Below are positions 9,617-19,776 of a stretch of 48,344 nt of DNA, in pieces. The DNA comes from Promethearchaeota archaeon (lineage in GTDB: Archaea > Asgardarchaeota > Lokiarchaeia > Sigyniarchaeales > SOKP01). The notes beneath the pieces are model-generated. The model saw nothing but the letters and a program-made list of their open reading frames with translations. It did no database searches and had not been told where the DNA came from. The stretch spans positions 1-48,344 of the forward strand of contig JBHLME010000017.1 in the NCBI GenBank assembly GCA_048938445.1, given 5' to 3'. Position numbers and translations under genes: made by a program. Within the stretch, counting starts at the first letter, position 1. Each line of letters starts with the position of its first letter.

Positions 9617-11158
9617 ATGACTATCAAACTTAAAAAGCAGGTAATCTCCATTTTAGAATTTTTACAGGAAAAAGATGGAGAATATTTAGCATCAGAATTA
9701 GCCAAAGAACTTAAGGTTGACTATATCGTCTTTATGTCTGCTGTTAATGATTTAAAAGATAACAATTTGGCGGACTTTAAAGAGCAAGATGTTGATCAAA
9801 TCTTTTTGAATGAAGAAGGATTGAATTATATTGAAAACCTTTTACCTGAACGACAAATTTTAATGCACTTAGAAACTAAAGGAATAAAAGAAATTACTGT
9901 AGAGGAATTAAAAAAACAAATCAAATCATTAGATGAAAAAATTTTTTATATTGGTATCAATAACATGAAAAAAAATCGTTGGATTTCAATTAGTAAAGCA
10001 ACTGGCGAAAATACCCTTTTTGTTATTTATGAGAAATATCCTTCAGATACCAATTTAGAAAAATTCTTAAAAAAATTTAATGTAGAAAAGAATTTAGATT
10101 ACTCCAAACTTTCAAAAGAGGAATTGGTTCAATATAATACGTTAAATAAAAGAAAATTAATTAGTAGGGAAAAAAAAACTCAAAGAATAATATTTTTAAC
10201 TGACAAGGGAAAAAAATTAGATATATCTAAAATTAAAGAATTAAAACAAGTAAGTAAGATAACGTCGGAAATGCTAAGTTCTGGAACTTGGCAGGATTAT
10301 GAACTCAAACCTTTTGATGTAACAAAACCAGGACCACTTTTAAAGGGTGGAAAAATCCATCCCGTTATCGCTCTAATAAATGATATTAGAGAGATATTTA
10401 TTTCATTAGGTTTTACAGAGATTCGAGGACCTATCATTGAAAGTGCATTTTTCAATTTTGATGCGCTATTTCAACCTCAGGATCATCCTGCACGTGAAAT
10501 GCACGATACATTCTATTTAAATAATCCAAAAAATGCAAGATTACCTGAAAAAGATAGGATAAAAGCAGTAAAAGATACGCATGAAAACGGTGGAGATAGT
10601 GGTTCTTTAGGTTGGGGCTATAAATGGGAAGAAAATATTGCAAAAAAAACATTATTAAGAACCCATACTACAGCAACCACCATAAGGCGATTAGCAGAGT
10701 ATTATAAAAATAATGATATCCCTCCCATTAAAGTTTTCTCAATAGATCGAGTATTTAGAAATGAAAAGGTTGATAAATCTCATTTAGCAGAATTTACTCA
10801 AATTGAAGGAATTGTCATTGGAGAGAGAGTAACCTTATGCGATTTAATTGGAGTAATCTCTGAATTTTACAAGAAAATGGGATTTCAGAAAGTAATAACT
10901 CGACCCGGCTTTTTTCCTTATACAGAACCAAGCATGGAGATCGCAGTTTATTATGATAAAATAGGAGAATGGTTAGAAATGGGTGGTTCGGGGATATTTC
11001 GACCTGAAGTGACCTACCCATGGGGAATTAAAAATCCTACAAGAGTGCTTGCTTGGGGTTTAGGTCTCGAAAGACTAGCAATGCTAAAATTTGGTCGTAG
11101 TGATATTAGAGATTTATATATTAATCCTATAAAATGGTTAAGAAAAGAATCTTATTAA
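9617..11158 (+). CDS. pheS: Phenylalanine--tRNA ligase alpha subunit, archaeal type with N-terminal winged-helix extension
   Basis: FNFDALFQPQDHPAREMHDTF, LRTHTT, FRNE..D..HLAEFTQIEG, FFPYTEPS, WGLGLERL. Alternative TTG start at 9611. Confidence 0.97.
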   Translation: MTIKLKKQVISILEFLQEKDGEYLASELAKELKVDYIVFMSAVNDLKDNNLADFKEQDVDQIFLNEEGLNYIENLLPERQILMHLETKGIKEITVEELKKQIKSLDEKIFYIGINNMKKNRWISISKATGENTLFVIYEKYPSDTNLEKFLKKFNVEKNLDYSKLSKEELVQYNTLNKRKLISREKKTQRIIFLTDKGKKLDISKIKELKQVSKITSEMLSSGTWQDYELKPFDVTKPGPLLKGGKIHPVIALINDIREIFISLGFTEIRGPIIESAFFNFDALFQPQDHPAREMHDTFYLNNPKNARLPEKDRIKAVKDTHENGGDSGSLGWGYKWEENIAKKTLLRTHTTATTIRRLAEYYKNNDIPPIKVFSIDRVFRNEKVDKSHLAEFTQIEGIVIGERVTLCDLIGVISEFYKKMGFQKVITRPGFFPYTEPSMEIAVYYDKIGEWLEMGGSGIFRPEVTYPWGIKNPTRVLAWGLGLERLAMLKFGRSDIRDLYINPIKWLRKESY

Positions 11159-11170
11159 GGAGAAAAAAAA

Positions 11171-12847
11171 ATGCCAACATTAGATTTAAAATTGGATCGT
11201 TTAGAACGTTTAGTTGGACGAAAATTAAGCATTGAAGAATTGGAATATGATTTACAATGGATTAGTTTAGATTTAGAAGATATTAATATGGAAGAACGTA
11301 GTATTAAAGTAGAATATAATCCAAATAGACCTGATTTTTCAAGTCCCGAAGGCATCGCTCGTGCACTTAAAGGATATTATGATATCGAGCTAGGTGTTCC
11401 AACATATGAAATTATTGAAGGAAAAATTCAAATGAATGTAGAAGAGAGTGTCAACGAAGTAAGACCATATGTAGTATGTGGAGTAATTCATGATATTGAT
11501 TTAGATGAAGATGAGGTTGCTACTCTCATGAATATTCAAGAACAATTACATTGGGCAGTAGGAAGAGATAGAAAGAAAGTAGCGATTGGAGTTCATGATC
11601 TTGATAAAATTAAACCTCCATTTAGATATCTTGCTTTAGAACCCAATTCAATAAGTTTTATTCCATTACATGGTGATGGAGATCAAATGAATTTAGAAGA
11701 AATCCTCAAATATCATGATAAGGGGAAAGAATATGCTCATATTTTAGAAGGAAAGGAAATTTATCCAGTCCTCTTAGATAGTAATGACGAAATAATTTCT
11801 TTTCCGCCAATAATTAATGGAATTCTTACAACTGTCACTGACGATACCAAGAATTTATTTCTCGAACTTACAGGAACAGACCTAAAAGCTGTAAATTTAG
11901 CATTAAACATCCTTTCTACAATGTTGGCGGATACAGGAGCTAAGATTGAAAGTGTCATAGTAAATTATCCTGATAGTGAGAAGTTAATTACACCAAATTT
12001 AGAACCAGATAAATGGGAAGTTAAGATTGACTATATTAACGATTATATAGGATTAAATTTGAACGCAAACGAAATGATAAAATGTTTCCAAAAAGTAAGG
12101 ATGAATGCTAAAAAATCCAAAAAACAAGGACATTTAGATGTATGGGTACCTGCATATAGAGGAGATGTAATACACCCCGTTGATTTTACTGAAGATTGTG
12201 CCATAGGATACGGGTATTTTAATTTACCTCTCACAATTCGAGAAGGATGTATAGGATCTTATCATCCTATTCAAGATTTCTCGAACAAGATTAGAACAAT
12301 ATTGATAGGAGCAGGATATTTAGAAGTTTTAAATTTCATATTAACCAATTCTGAGAGACATTTTGATTACATGAGACAGAAATATGAAGAAAAAAAAGCA
12401 ATTCAAATTGCTAATCCTGTTTCGAAAGAATATGATACAACAAGGACAAAAATTTTACCAAAACTAATGGAAACCTTGCTTTTTAATCGATCTGAAGAGA
12501 AACCGATTAAGATTTTCGAAGTTGGAGATGTGATATTATTATCAAAAAATGAAGAAACGGGTGCGATTAGAAAATTGCATGTATCTGCCGTGACATATCA
12601 TGATGATGCAAATTTTACGGAAATTAGGTCGACTCTTGATTTCATGATCATCGCTTTAGGAGAATATGATAATATTGAAATTAGACCCGGAAAGAATCCT
12701 ACATATATCAATAACCGGTATGGAGATATCTACTGGAAAGGAAATAAAATAGGTGAAATTGGAGAAATTCATCCCGAAGTAATAATGAATTATAAATTAG
12801 AATTTCCTGTTGCAGCTTTAGAATTAGACTTACAGGAATTAATATAG
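11171..12847 (+). CDS. pheT: Phenylalanine--tRNA ligase beta subunit, archaeal type
   Basis: MPT start, PNRPD...EGIARAL, QE.LH...GR.R.K.AIG.HD, PPIIN, GEIHPEV; AGGAG RBS. Confidence 0.97.
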   Translation: MPTLDLKLDRLERLVGRKLSIEELEYDLQWISLDLEDINMEERSIKVEYNPNRPDFSSPEGIARALKGYYDIELGVPTYEIIEGKIQMNVEESVNEVRPYVVCGVIHDIDLDEDEVATLMNIQEQLHWAVGRDRKKVAIGVHDLDKIKPPFRYLALEPNSISFIPLHGDGDQMNLEEILKYHDKGKEYAHILEGKEIYPVLLDSNDEIISFPPIINGILTTVTDDTKNLFLELTGTDLKAVNLALNILSTMLADTGAKIESVIVNYPDSEKLITPNLEPDKWEVKIDYINDYIGLNLNANEMIKCFQKVRMNAKKSKKQGHLDVWVPAYRGDVIHPVDFTEDCAIGYGYFNLPLTIREGCIGSYHPIQDFSNKIRTILIGAGYLEVLNFILTNSERHFDYMRQKYEEKKAIQIANPVSKEYDTTRTKILPKLMETLLFNRSEEKPIKIFEVGDVILLSKNEETGAIRKLHVSAVTYHDDANFTEIRSTLDFMIIALGEYDNIEIRPGKNPTYINNRYGDIYWKGNKIGEIGEIHPEVIMNYKLEFPVAALELDLQELI

Positions 12848-12881
12848 ATTTAAATTTATATCTTGCTTTAAATGAATTAAC

Positions 12882-13985
12882 ATGAGTGAAAATGAAAAAA
12901 ATGAGAAGGAGTTAAAGAGAAAAAGAGAAGAAATTTCATATATTGATGATGAAATTATTAATCTCCTTAATAAGCGTGCTATTATATCCTCTGATATTGG
13001 AGAGATAAAAAAAAAACTAAATTTAGAGGTTTATCAACCTCATAGAGAGGCAGAAGTAATAGAATATGTGAAAAATAAATCATTAAAATTAAAACCTTCT
13101 CATCTTGAAGCAATTTGGAAGGAAATTATAGGAGCATGCAAAGATATACAAGGATCTATAGTTAAAATTGGATATTTAGGACCAAAAGGAACATTCACTC
13201 ATCAAGCTGCATTGGATTTCTTTCCTAAAGCAGGTTCAGAATTCATAGCATTTAAAAACATTCTTGAAATATTTGAAGGCATTGAAAAGGATATTTTAGA
13301 ATTTGGAGTAGTTCCAATTGAGAATAGTCTCCAAGGAACTGTAAGAGAAACGTTAGATCTCTTGATTGAGAAAAATTTAGTAATTTATGGTGAAGTAGAA
13401 TTAAGAATTATCCAAAACTTAATAGCAATGGAAAAATCTAATTTAACAAAAATAAACAACTTATATTCCCATCCACAAGGATTTGCTCAATCAAGGACTT
13501 GGATTAAAGCTAATCTACCGAAAGCAAAGTTAATTAATACAAGTTCTACTGCTGAAGCTGTTAGAATGGTTAAGGAATTAAATGATGAAGCAAATGCGGC
13601 TATTGGTGCAGAAATTGCGTGTAATATATATAATTTAAAAATCTTGAATTCAAAAATTGAAGATAATTCTTTAAATTTTACGAGATTTCTGATAATTTCG
13701 AAGGAAGAAAATAAGATTCAATCTGGTAAAATAAGAAGTTCTATAGTCTATGTTACAAAACATGTTCCAGGTGCTTTATTCAATGTTTTAAGACTTTTTG
13801 CAGAGGGGGATGTTAATTTATTAAAGATTGAATCCCGTCCAAGAAGAAAAGGTCGATGGGAATATATATTTCTGATGGATTTTGAAGGAGATGCCAGAAA
13901 TGATCCAAAAATTCATAAGATTTTTGAAGAAATGAATAAAAGTGTGATATGGTTTAAGATATTAGGGGCATATCCAATGAATTAG
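12882..13985 (+). CDS. pheA: Chorismate mutase / prephenate dehydratase (P-protein)
   Basis: N-terminal CM_2 (R..I..ID..I..LL..R), YLGP.GTF, VPIENS..G, SHPQ, N.TRF, ACT domain with IESRP. Confidence 0.95.
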   Translation: MSENEKNEKELKRKREEISYIDDEIINLLNKRAIISSDIGEIKKKLNLEVYQPHREAEVIEYVKNKSLKLKPSHLEAIWKEIIGACKDIQGSIVKIGYLGPKGTFTHQAALDFFPKAGSEFIAFKNILEIFEGIEKDILEFGVVPIENSLQGTVRETLDLLIEKNLVIYGEVELRIIQNLIAMEKSNLTKINNLYSHPQGFAQSRTWIKANLPKAKLINTSSTAEAVRMVKELNDEANAAIGAEIACNIYNLKILNSKIEDNSLNFTRFLIISKEENKIQSGKIRSSIVYVTKHVPGALFNVLRLFAEGDVNLLKIESRPRRKGRWEYIFLMDFEGDARNDPKIHKIFEEMNKSVIWFKILGAYPMN

Positions 13986-14080
13986 AAAATTTATGAAATA
14001 ATTTATTTTTCTAAAAGTATATTAATAAATTCTTTTATTATTAATTTATTATTTTTATCTAAATATGGATTGGGTTTAAA

Positions 14081-14794
14081 ATGCTTAGAATAGATGGAAG
14101 AAAACTTGATGAAATTAGAAAGACGACCATTGAACGTGATTACTTGAAACATCCCGAGGGATCTGTTTTGATTTCTCAAGGAAACACGAAAGTTATTGTT
14201 ACCGCTTCAATTCAAGAATCAGTGCCAAGATTTTTACAAGATACGGGTTCAGGATGGATAACTGCAGAGTACAGCATGCTGCCAAGAGCAACCCAATTTA
14301 GAAATAATAGAGAGAGACAAAAAGTAAAGGGTAGAACGTATGAAATTGAAAGACTAATAGGGCGAAGCATGCGCGCGGCCTTTAACTATGAAAAAATTGG
14401 AGAACGGACTATTAAAATTGATTGCGATGTCATTCAAGCAGATGGGGGTACTAGATGTGCCTCAATAACCGGTGCGTTTATAGCAGTATTTGACGCGATT
14501 AATTACCTTTATAATGAAAAAATGATATATGAGTTTCCAGACTATACTACTACTGCGGCAATTTCAATAGGAATAAAAAATAATGAACTTCTAGTTGATT
14601 TAAATTATGAAGAAGACTCTAAGGTTGACGTTGATTTTAACATCATCATGAACGAAAATAAAGAATACATTGAGATTCAAGGTACTGCTGAGGGACATCC
14701 CTTTAAAAAAGCTATTTTTTCTGAATTATTAGATCTAGCTGAAAATAGCATAATGGAACTTGTTAGTATCCAAAAAAAGGTATTAAATATATAA
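14081..14794 (+). CDS. rph: Ribonuclease PH, bacterial type
   Basis: GWITAEYSMLPRAT, GRT.EI.RLIGRS.RA, DCDVIQADGGTR.ASITGA, DLNYEEDS, IEIQGTAEG.PF. Confidence 0.93.
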   Translation: MLRIDGRKLDEIRKTTIERDYLKHPEGSVLISQGNTKVIVTASIQESVPRFLQDTGSGWITAEYSMLPRATQFRNNRERQKVKGRTYEIERLIGRSMRAAFNYEKIGERTIKIDCDVIQADGGTRCASITGAFIAVFDAINYLYNEKMIYEFPDYTTTAAISIGIKNNELLVDLNYEEDSKVDVDFNIIMNENKEYIEIQGTAEGHPFKKAIFSELLDLAENSIMELVSIQKKVLNI

Positions 14795-15090
14795 TATCTA
14801 TAGTTAAACTAACATATTATTGATAAATATTTTAGAAATTCATCATCTCAATTTACTATTAATCTTATTAAATCCTTAAACCTATTAACATTGTTTTTCA
14901 AATAAAGGATTTGACATTCTCAATTAAAATGATTAAGTTCGTTTATCTATTCTAGTTAATTTTATGAATAAAAAAGATAATAAACTTTTGTAAATATTCT
15001 TATTTAATATAATTTAACACGTTAAAATTATTCATCTTGTAAAATAGTTAAAAATCACATGTCTTTTTTTAAACAAGAAATGATAAATAG

Positions 15091-16281
15091 ATGAAAATGA
15101 TAAAAGTTCTTATAATAAGTTTCAAATATGATAAAAAATCCCCTGGGGGTGCTGCTAAAAGTTTTTTAAACATATCTGAAGGTTTAAAAAAAGATAAGGA
15201 GTTCCATGTAAGCATTTTATTTTTAAATGCTATTAGAAATATATTTAATCCATTTGGTTTGAGTTTATATTTGAAAGTTCTAAAAATTATAAGAATGATT
15301 AAAAAAACTAAGCCTCATGTAATTTTAGTTCAATCTGATTTAGCATTTCCTGGAATAATTGCTGCGTCTATAATGAATGTACCAATTATTAATTTAATAA
15401 GAGATACCCATTTATTTTGTCCAAAAAATGTAGATATCATTAAATATGGAATCGCATGCTCTGGTTTAAAAAATAGAAAAGAATGCTATGAGTGTATTAA
15501 TTATTGGAGATCTTTAAGAATTTTAATTGGAAATAAAGGTGATGGATGGCAGAATAGTAGGGAATCAAGATTAACGACAATTGCTTATAAAATTAGATAT
15601 ATTATATGTAAGATTAACATTTTTCTTTGTAATAGAGCCACAATTAATTTAATCGCCTCTAATTTAATGAAATCATACCTCTCATTAAGTATTAAATCCG
15701 AGAAACTTATGGTCGCAAATATTACTCCAATTAAAGAGATTGACTTTAATATTCAAAAAATTGAAAAAAAAAACAATATATTATTTATAATCCCAAAATT
15801 CGACGCATCATATAAAGGATTAGATTTTGTATTAAGACTATCTAAATATATTCCAGAAAAATATCATATTTTAATTGTGGGTAATCTTTTAAAAATAAAG
15901 GAATTAAAAGATAATAAAAAAATAATTAATATTGAAAAGGTTTCAACCAATATTTTAAATGAATTATATCAAACTTCACTGGTTACACTTGCTCCTTCGT
16001 TTTGTAATGATGCTTTTGGTAGAGTAATTATTGAAAGTCTTTTAAACAATACACCTGTCATTGCTGCCCCTAATTGTGGAGCAGTACATGAGTTAAAAAA
16101 TAGTAATTTTTTAAGGATTGTTCCAATTAATATTAATTTATGGATAAAAGAAATTGTAGATATTATAAAAAACCAAGTCCAAATACCAGAAAAAGAAAGA
16201 ATCATTATTTTTAATCAATATTCAATAGAAAATAGTTTATTGGGATTAAAAACTATAATAAACGATCTCCTTAATAAATAA
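15091..16281 (+). CDS. GT4 glycosyltransferase
   Basis: GGA at N-terminus, Cys cluster (CP..C..C..C), KG, DAFGRVIIES. Confidence 0.85.
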   Translation: MKMIKVLIISFKYDKKSPGGAAKSFLNISEGLKKDKEFHVSILFLNAIRNIFNPFGLSLYLKVLKIIRMIKKTKPHVILVQSDLAFPGIIAASIMNVPIINLIRDTHLFCPKNVDIIKYGIACSGLKNRKECYECINYWRSLRILIGNKGDGWQNSRESRLTTIAYKIRYIICKINIFLCNRATINLIASNLMKSYLSLSIKSEKLMVANITPIKEIDFNIQKIEKKNNILFIIPKFDASYKGLDFVLRLSKYIPEKYHILIVGNLLKIKELKDNKKIINIEKVSTNILNELYQTSLVTLAPSFCNDAFGRVIIESLLNNTPVIAAPNCGAVHELKNSNFLRIVPININLWIKEIVDIIKNQVQIPEKERIIIFNQYSIENSLLGLKTIINDLLNK

Positions 16282-16482
16282 TTCATACAAATCATTACTT
16301 ACTTTTTTAAGGAATTTGAATTTAATAAAAAAAAGTATTAAATTATTGATATACTTTGAAAAAACTATTTAATTTTTAGTTCCTTAATAATTTTTACTAC
16401 TTCATTAATCTTAATCATTCAAAACAGAAGTAAATATTAATTTAAATTATTAAAAAAATCAATTATATTGTTTTTGGTTTAG

Positions 16483-17742
16483 ATGAGAATTCTTTTAATT
16501 ACGGATGATTTTTATCCTAATTCCGGAGGAATTGCTTATACTTTAAAAACGTTATGTGAAAATATAAAAAGAACAGACCATAAGCTTTATATTATTAATC
16601 CTTATTATGAAGGAAAAAACATTTTTAAGAAGTATGTACTAAAGAATAAGAAATTAATGAAAGATTTCTTCAATTTTAAAGATAAAAAATTTATAAGAGT
16701 CTTAATATTCTCAACAATTTTATTAATCAGAAATAAAACTTTAAAATTGAAACATAGAATTAATTTAATCTTATATTTATTAATGAGACCTAGCTTATTT
16801 TTTGCTGTTTTTAAAAATATTGAAATAATTCTTCCATTAATTGAAAAATTAAAAATTGATTTACTATTAACTGGACATTCTGGTGATCCTCTATACATAG
16901 CTCTTATTATTGGAAAATTAAAAAATCTAAAAGTTATAACCCTACTTCATGGTTTAGAATTAGTTATTCGAAATATTTTTTCATTAAGAACATATTATAT
17001 ACAGAATGCAGATAAAATTATCATAAGTAATCCATGGATAAAGAAACTAGCAATAAAAATCCACAATATTGAAGAATCAAAAATCGAAATCATACATCGA
17101 GGAGTAGTAGTAAAGCAATTAGAAATAAGAAAAACGAAAGAAGAGTTAAGGTTAAAATATAACATACCAAAAAGCCAATTTGTTTTATTAAGTGTAGGAC
17201 GACACGTTGAGAGAAAGAATTTTAATTTAGTCATACTTGCACTAAAAGCAATTAAAGAAAAAATACCTGATATAAATATTAAATATTACTTAATTGGAGA
17301 TGGCCCTGATACAAATAAATTAAAGAATCTTGCTGAAAGATTAAATTTAAATGACAATATTACATTTTTAGGAAGAGTTGATATAAAAACTAGAAATGAG
17401 TTTTACAAATTATCAGATTTATTTGTCATGCCTTCTCTTTCTCAAAAGAACAGTATAGAAGGATTTGGAATCGTATTTATAGAAGCAAATTTTTACAAGG
17501 TTCCTGTAATTGGAACTCGATCTGGTGGTATTAAAGAAGCGATTGTTGACGGGAAAACTGGATTTTTAATCAATCCTAATGATTTAAATCAGTTAATAGA
17601 GAGAATTTTATATTTATATAAAAATCCAGAAGAATGTATAAATTTAGGTTTAAATGGATATAATAGAGTAATAAAAGAATATAATTGGGATACTATTATA
17701 AACGATTATATTAATATTTTCGAGAGTAATGTAAATATATAA
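16483..17742 (+). CDS. GT4 glycosyltransferase (PimB/RfaB-like)
   Basis: DFYP..GGI, HG.E, VGR.V.RK, EGFGIVFIEA, SGGI.EAI.DG.TG. Confidence 0.92.
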   Translation: MRILLITDDFYPNSGGIAYTLKTLCENIKRTDHKLYIINPYYEGKNIFKKYVLKNKKLMKDFFNFKDKKFIRVLIFSTILLIRNKTLKLKHRINLILYLLMRPSLFFAVFKNIEIILPLIEKLKIDLLLTGHSGDPLYIALIIGKLKNLKVITLLHGLELVIRNIFSLRTYYIQNADKIIISNPWIKKLAIKIHNIEESKIEIIHRGVVVKQLEIRKTKEELRLKYNIPKSQFVLLSVGRHVERKNFNLVILALKAIKEKIPDINIKYYLIGDGPDTNKLKNLAERLNLNDNITFLGRVDIKTRNEFYKLSDLFVMPSLSQKNSIEGFGIVFIEANFYKVPVIGTRSGGIKEAIVDGKTGFLINPNDLNQLIERILYLYKNPEECINLGLNGYNRVIKEYNWDTIINDYINIFESNVNI

Positions 17743-17882
17743 GAAAAGTGAATTTCTTATAAAAGCATCCTCTCTTCTCAGCAATCTTATTATAGTAAAT
17801 TTTTATTAAAAATGAAAATATTAATTGAACAAAAATCTAGATTAATATAATCTTGACAAAATATAATTATAGATTATTTAAA

Positions 17883-18671
17883 TTATAGCGTTATATCCCA
17901 TAATTCTTTAATCTTTAACATTAATTCTTTATTTTTTGAAGCAATACCTAATCCATAAGAATGAGTAAAGTAATATTTTGGTAACTCTAATTCATTAAAG
18001 AATTTTTCAACACCATCATATATATAAATATCATGGAACAAGACAACAGATGTCTCATCCAAGAATTTTTTCCAAGTATGATAATCTTCTTTTACATCCT
18101 CATAGGAATGAGCACCATCAATATGTAAGATATCAATTTTTTTATTCCATTTCTCCACTACATCAAAAAATTTACTTTTAATGATAGTTATATTAGTAAT
18201 ATTAAACTTTTTCTCCATTTTTCTTTTATATCTCATAACGGGGTAATAATCGTCAATCGGGTTTTTAAGAAAATTATATCTTTTAAACCAGTCAATACCG
18301 TACACTTTTCCTATGTTTTGAACACCAAACATAAATGTTGAGAAACCTCTATCTACTCCAAGATCTACAATAGTAACTGGCTGCAATTCTTTAACTAACC
18401 AGAGAGCAAAATAATGATGCCCTTTCCACGCACTTTTCATTTTCTCTTCTGAATATTTGATAAATGCTTTTATTCTATCATTAGAATAATTTGTAATATA
18501 GAATTTTTTAAACTTAAGAATTATTTTTTCATTATTTTTATTAGTTTTATTTGAACTTTTACCAATATAATGTCTTATATTGAAAATTTTAAAGAGATCA
18601 AAAATATTAGACTCAATTTTTACAAATATATTTCTAATAAAGGGAATATTAAGTAATAATCGCTTTATCAT
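17883..18671 (-). CDS. Class I SAM-dependent methyltransferase (Methyltransf_24-like)
   Basis: VDLGVDRGFS, GIDWF, IDILHIDGAHSYE.V..D, FHD. ATG 18671 is preferred over TTG 18698. Confidence 0.85.
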   Translation of the reverse strand: MIKRLLLNIPFIRNIFVKIESNIFDLFKIFNIRHYIGKSSNKTNKNNEKIILKFKKFYITNYSNDRIKAFIKYSEEKMKSAWKGHHYFALWLVKELQPVTIVDLGVDRGFSTFMFGVQNIGKVYGIDWFKRYNFLKNPIDDYYPVMRYKRKMEKKFNITNITIIKSKFFDVVEKWNKKIDILHIDGAHSYEDVKEDYHTWKKFLDETSVVLFHDIYIYDGVEKFFNELELPKYYFTHSYGLGIASKNKELMLKIKELWDITL

Positions 18672-18941
18672 ATGATATATATAGACTTCAAACCTCAATG
18701 ATTAACAACTCATTTTTCGATAATAATAAATTTATATAATAATCTACATAATAAATCCATTATTCCGTAAATTTTTTATTATTAAAATTGATAAAGGTTC
18801 AATTAACAAATACTTTTATTAGATAATCTATGTCTTTAACACCAAAATTTAATAGAAAAGTAGAATTTAAAAATATCAACACTTTAACATATCATCCTTA
18901 TAGTTAATTCATAAATAAATTCTAACAAATACTTACTTGGA

Positions 18942-19775
18942 ATGGTAACCAAAAAATCTTTAAGGACTAATATTAAGCAAATTAATGCTTTTGCTGAAAG
19001 AAATCTTTATCTTGCAGGTAGATTTAGATTAAGAATAATCACATATTATTTTGGTCCTTTAATCCAAACTTTAATGCCAATTATAATTTTTGGTGTAATT
19101 TTTACAATAAATGAGGATTATCAGTTTGGATATTGGACGGGTCAAACCTACCTTCTTTTCTTATTTATAGCCTTCTGTGTTCAATTTTTAAGGAAAATTA
19201 TACCTAATTTCGTGGCTTTATTTAATAATGAGAAGTATTGGAAAACTTTGCAGGCTTTAATGGTTGCCCCTGTAAATCGCTATGTCGTTTTATTTGGTTA
19301 TCTCATATCTGAACTAATATTATTGAGTATTCCATTTATTATTTTTTTTATTATAGCATTTATTTTATTTCAAATAAACATTATTTCTCTCTTTTTGGTG
19401 ATATTATCATTTATATCAATAGCTATCTTATTTGCATGTTTTGGTTTAATAATGGGAATACTGATTATCACGAAAGAAGGTGTTTATAATTTAATAAATT
19501 TTGGATTAACATTATTATTTTGGTTGAGTTGCATTAGCTACCCTTTACAAATTTTCCCTGAACTTATCCAAACCCTAATTCTACTAAATCCTATATATTA
19601 TTATATTGATACAATACGGATTTTTTGGTTAATGGGAATTGATTATAACTTAGCAATAAGTTATCTATCCCCAATTCACATTATTGTAGTTGTTGGAGGT
19701 ACAATACTTTTACCAATTTTTTCAGTTTATTTTTTTAATATATTTTATGATAAATTTGGAATATCTGGATATTAA
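18942..19775 (+). CDS. ABC-2 type transporter permease
   Basis: About 6 TM segments; EK...TL..L.VAP, YP...P.......NP motifs; directly followed by the ATPase. Confidence 0.85.
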   Translation: MVTKKSLRTNIKQINAFAERNLYLAGRFRLRIITYYFGPLIQTLMPIIIFGVIFTINEDYQFGYWTGQTYLLFLFIAFCVQFLRKIIPNFVALFNNEKYWKTLQALMVAPVNRYVVLFGYLISELILLSIPFIIFFIIAFILFQINIISLFLVILSFISIAILFACFGLIMGILIITKEGVYNLINFGLTLLFWLSCISYPLQIFPELIQTLILLNPIYYYIDTIRIFWLMGIDYNLAISYLSPIHIIVVVGGTILLPIFSVYFFNIFYDKFGISGY

Positions 19776-19776
19776 C

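Noticed and set aside
14081-14794. Exosome subunit Rrp41
   Set aside because: The motifs are those of bacterial RNase PH and no other exosome genes are adjacent.
19690-19776. N-terminal extension of the ABC ATPase overlapping the permease
   Set aside because: ATG 19777 directly after the permease stop is the more plausible start.
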